Below the pieces are notes generated by a model. The model ran no database searches. It saw only the letters and a list, made by a program, of their open reading frames with translations, and was not told where the DNA came from. Source: Leucobacter denitrificans (GTDB taxonomy: Bacteria; Actinomycetota; Actinomycetes; Actinomycetales; Microbacteriaceae). From it: DNA of 64,000 nt. Positions 61,014 to 64,000 of the stretch are shown piece after piece (positions within the stretch are counted from its first letter, which is position 1; each line of letters starts with the position of its first letter). The stretch spans positions 33,616 through 97,615 of the forward strand of contig JBEBUJ010000001.1 of NCBI GenBank assembly GCA_040393365.1, written 5' to 3'. A program made the position numbers and the translations under genes.

Positions 61014-63614
61014 TCAGGTCAGACGTTCGCGCTGTGTGGAGAACCACTCGCGTAACGCTTCGCGCCCATTCAAACCGAGCTTGCCGTACACGTGGGCAAG
61101 GTGAGTCTCGATTGTACGGGCCGACAGGTGCAGACGCTCAGCGACGTGCTTCGACGAGTACCCGAGCGACGTGAAGAGCGCAATCTCGCGCTCGCGACCG
61201 GTGAGCTGGCTCGTCGGCGGCAGTGGGAGCCAAACGCCGAGCTCGGAAAGCAGGCGCTCTTCCGGCTCGATGCCCGCGTGACTTCCCTCATCTGCGTCAG
61301 ACTGCGTGAGCGTCCGTATGTGCGCAAGCAGTGCCTCACCGATGGGCGAATCGATTCGTGTCGACAGCGTCTTCGCGCGCTGCAGAAGTGTGGGATCGGG
61401 TTTCGAGAGCTCGTGGGCCGCAATATCGAGGGCCTCAAGCTCTATGAGTGCGAGGTCCTCTTGGCGAGCCCACGTGGCGACATCGACGGCCCGCTCAATA
61501 AGTGAGGTATCCCGAAGCCAGTGCAGTGCGCGAAGCGTAATGATGTGAACGAAGCCGCGGAGTGCGAGCGAAAGCCCCGGCGTCTCGCGTTCGACGTCGG
61601 CGAGTGCCTCGCGCGCACCAGCCGTGTCGCCGAGTACCGCCTTTGAAAGTGCGAGCATCGCCTGTGCGAGTTCGGTGAGTCCGAATGGATCGTTGTTCTT
61701 GAGCTCTTGGAGCGTGCGCTCGGTGAGCGTCGCCGCCTCAGACCAACGTCCATCCTGAATCGATACGAGTGCAACCGCGAGGTCGATCGTTCCGGAATGC
61801 GACCTCGCCATAATCAAGTCAGGCCGTTCGCTCGGCAGCGATGTGAGTATGCGCTTTGCTGCCCCGGTCGTGCCTCGGGCCCAGTGCGAGAGGAACATCG
61901 CAAAGCTTCCAAGCCCACCTGAGGCAGTCGCCGGAATGCCGTGAAGCAATGCGAGTTCTCTCGCGGTAGAGGCGATCTCCAACGCTTTCTTGAACGAGCC
62001 GCGCTGTATCAGGATGAAGGCCTCAAACGTTCTCGCGGGGAGCGAGAGCAACTCCGTTTCGAGATTCTGACTGATCGCTCTCGATCCACGCGCCTCGTAC
62101 GCGGCTCTAAAATTGCCACTCATGGTGTGCAAGCGCATTCGATGGGCGTGGACTACGTACGAAGTATCGCTGCCTGACCTTCGCGAACGCTCTTCTGCCT
62201 CGTCGAGCCTGTCGAGCGACCCCGCGATGTCTCCGCGATTCATCGCCCCCAGGTAGGCGGCAGTGAGCTGAAGCTCAAGCTGCGAGCCTGCCGTGAGGCG
62301 TGCCAACTTCGTTTCGGAAGCGAGAAGGTGTGTCAGCATTTCGGTCGCAGTTCGCAACGAGACGCGGTCTCCGAGAAAGTGCGCGATTTCGCACGCGCGT
62401 AAAGTGGCTTCGGCCGCTCGCCCGGGGTCATCGTGCTGGATCGCGGCGAGTGCGAGTGTCAGCGAGAACCTCAGGTCTTCTGAGTGCGCGAGTTCGTGCA
62501 TGGCTTGCCAGGCCCAGTCGGCAGGCACGGGTTCGCCGCTCTCAAGGCCAAACCTCACGAGGCGGGATCTGCCGGTGTTAATCAGTGTGGTTGAGAGATC
62601 CTCGGAATTCAGCGCTTCGAAACACAGTGAAGCGAGCTGTGTGCGGCGCACCGGAGAGATTCGTGCACGCACCGCATCCCCTGTCACAGGGAGGCGTGTG
62701 GTGAGCACCGAGTTGCCGCGGTTGTCGGTCTGAACGGCGAGAATTTGACGTTCGATGAGTGATGTCACCGCGTCAGAATTGAGCATTCGCAGCAGTTGCG
62801 GTTCCATGATGGTCTTCGCGTACGAAACGAGTTCGAGGTTTGCATACTCGGTCGATGACAGGTCGCCGAGGTTCGTGACAAAGTCTGGAGACGGGGTGTC
62901 GTCTTGCGGCTCAACCCACGCGAACTGATCCGCACGCCGAACGGCACCGCGCCGTTCGGCCCCCAGAGCGAGTGTCACGAGTGCGTGGGCGTTTCCTCGG
63001 GTTGTCGCGTGCCATCGGCTGAGGGTTTCATCGGTGATTTGACCCACTCCGAGGAGCCCCGCGATCATCTCGTTCGCTTCGGTGAGTGAGAGCGGGGCAA
63101 CGCCGAATTGCTGCACGTCTGGGTTTCTTGCGAGCCGATCGGCCGCCCCTGTCAGCTCCTGCGCAGTGCACACAAAACGCAGGTCGCCAATACGTACGAG
63201 GTGTTCGAGCACAGTCGCATCGTACGGAGAATACTTATCGATGTTCATCGCGATAACGACAAGGGTTGCGGATCCGTACCTTTCGGCAAGTGCAGCGTTG
63301 ATGCGCTCGCTTTCGTGGCGAGGGTTCTGCGAGTCGATGCCCTGCACGGGGTCATCGAGATCGGCGAATCTTTCCAAGACGATGCGCTCGACGGGAGTCG
63401 TCGTTGACTTGGCGAGCGAGGAGACCGCCGCCTGGGCGAAGAATGACTTTCCGCTGCCGAGCTCGCCGATGAGCACGACACAGGATCCATCTGCCTGAAG
63501 CGCGGAGGCCACGCGCGGTACTCGGTCGCTCGTGGCCTGCACGAAGAAATCGTGCGGCTCTAACCGTGTGTCTCGGTGATTCAGCGTCGCCGAATCCCCC
63601 CAAATCGTTTCCAT
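61014..63614 (-). CDS. Large ATP-binding LuxR-family (LAL-like) regulator
   Basis: GELGSGKS P-loop, TRGNA motif, C-terminal LTGREREI..SARTIETHL HTH. Confidence 0.88.
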   Translation of the reverse strand: METIWGDSATLNHRDTRLEPHDFFVQATSDRVPRVASALQADGSCVVLIGELGSGKSFFAQAAVSSLAKSTTTPVERIVLERFADLDDPVQGIDSQNPRHESERINAALAERYGSATLVVIAMNIDKYSPYDATVLEHLVRIGDLRFVCTAQELTGAADRLARNPDVQQFGVAPLSLTEANEMIAGLLGVGQITDETLSRWHATTRGNAHALVTLALGAERRGAVRRADQFAWVEPQDDTPSPDFVTNLGDLSSTEYANLELVSYAKTIMEPQLLRMLNSDAVTSLIERQILAVQTDNRGNSVLTTRLPVTGDAVRARISPVRRTQLASLCFEALNSEDLSTTLINTGRSRLVRFGLESGEPVPADWAWQAMHELAHSEDLRFSLTLALAAIQHDDPGRAAEATLRACEIAHFLGDRVSLRTATEMLTHLLASETKLARLTAGSQLELQLTAAYLGAMNRGDIAGSLDRLDEAEERSRRSGSDTSYVVHAHRMRLHTMSGNFRAAYEARGSRAISQNLETELLSLPARTFEAFILIQRGSFKKALEIASTARELALLHGIPATASGGLGSFAMFLSHWARGTTGAAKRILTSLPSERPDLIMARSHSGTIDLAVALVSIQDGRWSEAATLTERTLQELKNNDPFGLTELAQAMLALSKAVLGDTAGAREALADVERETPGLSLALRGFVHIITLRALHWLRDTSLIERAVDVATWARQEDLALIELEALDIAAHELSKPDPTLLQRAKTLSTRIDSPIGEALLAHIRTLTQSDADEGSHAGIEPEERLLSELGVWLPLPPTSQLTGREREIALFTSLGYSSKHVAERLHLSARTIETHLAHVYGKLGLNGREALREWFSTQRERLT

Positions 63615-63667
63615 TTTCAGTTACCCCCGTCGTAAGCATGCGCCTAAAACAGGCAAGTTACAAGAGG

Positions 63668-63884
63668 TACGTAATTAATACACACTAGTTGCGTAAAAGA
63701 TACGTAATTTTCCCTGAGCGATCGAAATTAGGTTTTCTGGGAGTTTCTTACAACATTCACCGGCGATTTACTCCGGAAGTTCGGCCACTACATGGTAAAG
63801 AGCAGCACACCTCATGTATTTGCCATAGGTTGTCACGTCTTTTCCCACAGAGTACGCAAAAAATAAATACGTACTTCTCCCGGA
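63668..63884. promoter_or_regulatory. AT-rich control region with repeated TACGTA boxes
   Basis: TACGTAATTTTCCCTGA (63701) and TACGTACTTCTCCCGGA (63868); CGTA at 63670, 63692, 63703 in 11-bp phase. Confidence 0.55.
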
Positions 63885-63943
63885 TCCCTTCCCGATCAGC
63901 TCCTTCTAGCGTTGCGAACAGATCACAGGGGAGTGAGGCCATC

Positions 63944-64000
63944 ATGGCGATTTGGAGGGCGTTTGAACGCCGGGGGAAGGTTCAACGGAACACCCCAATG
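63944..64000 (+). CDS. Possible 5' end of a divergent gene running off the window
   Basis: GGGGAG upstream of ATG 63944; frame stays open to an in-frame ATG at 63998. Confidence 0.3.
   Translation, partial: MAIWRAFERRGKVQRNTPM

Overview
GC-rich actinobacterial chromosome segment. Gene content and protein sequences point to Microbacteriaceae, most likely Leucobacter-like (inference). It is mostly core genes: RND permease, DEAD-box helicase, acyl-CoA oxidase, glutaminase, PdtaS, a PspC envelope-stress module, protein O-mannosyltransferase, proS, carD, senX3-regX3/phoU, cysS-rlmB, serC, ideR, gdhA, tRNA-Arg(CCT), galU-rimJ-glpR, a PhoPR-like pair and a large LuxR regulator. No integrase, transposase, CRISPR array or rRNA was seen. 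Best leads: (1) two tandem NlpC/P60 genes that each carry the same promoter and a conserved 5'-leader hairpin with an invariant AAA/CCC internal loop and one compensatory base pair, a candidate cis-regulatory RNA; (2) a C50-carotenoid operon with a fused cyclase-elongase gene, translationally coupled to a pyrimidine-dimer DNA glycosylase; (3) a CstR-like repressor with two palindromic operators facing a single 61-aa Cys-rich peptide; (4) an EamA-CYTH in-frame fusion that keeps an internal RBS; (5) an orphan small secreted cationic two-Cys peptide; (6) an inverted carD-phoU block with ispDF absent. All calls come from motif recognition by eye; no searches were run.
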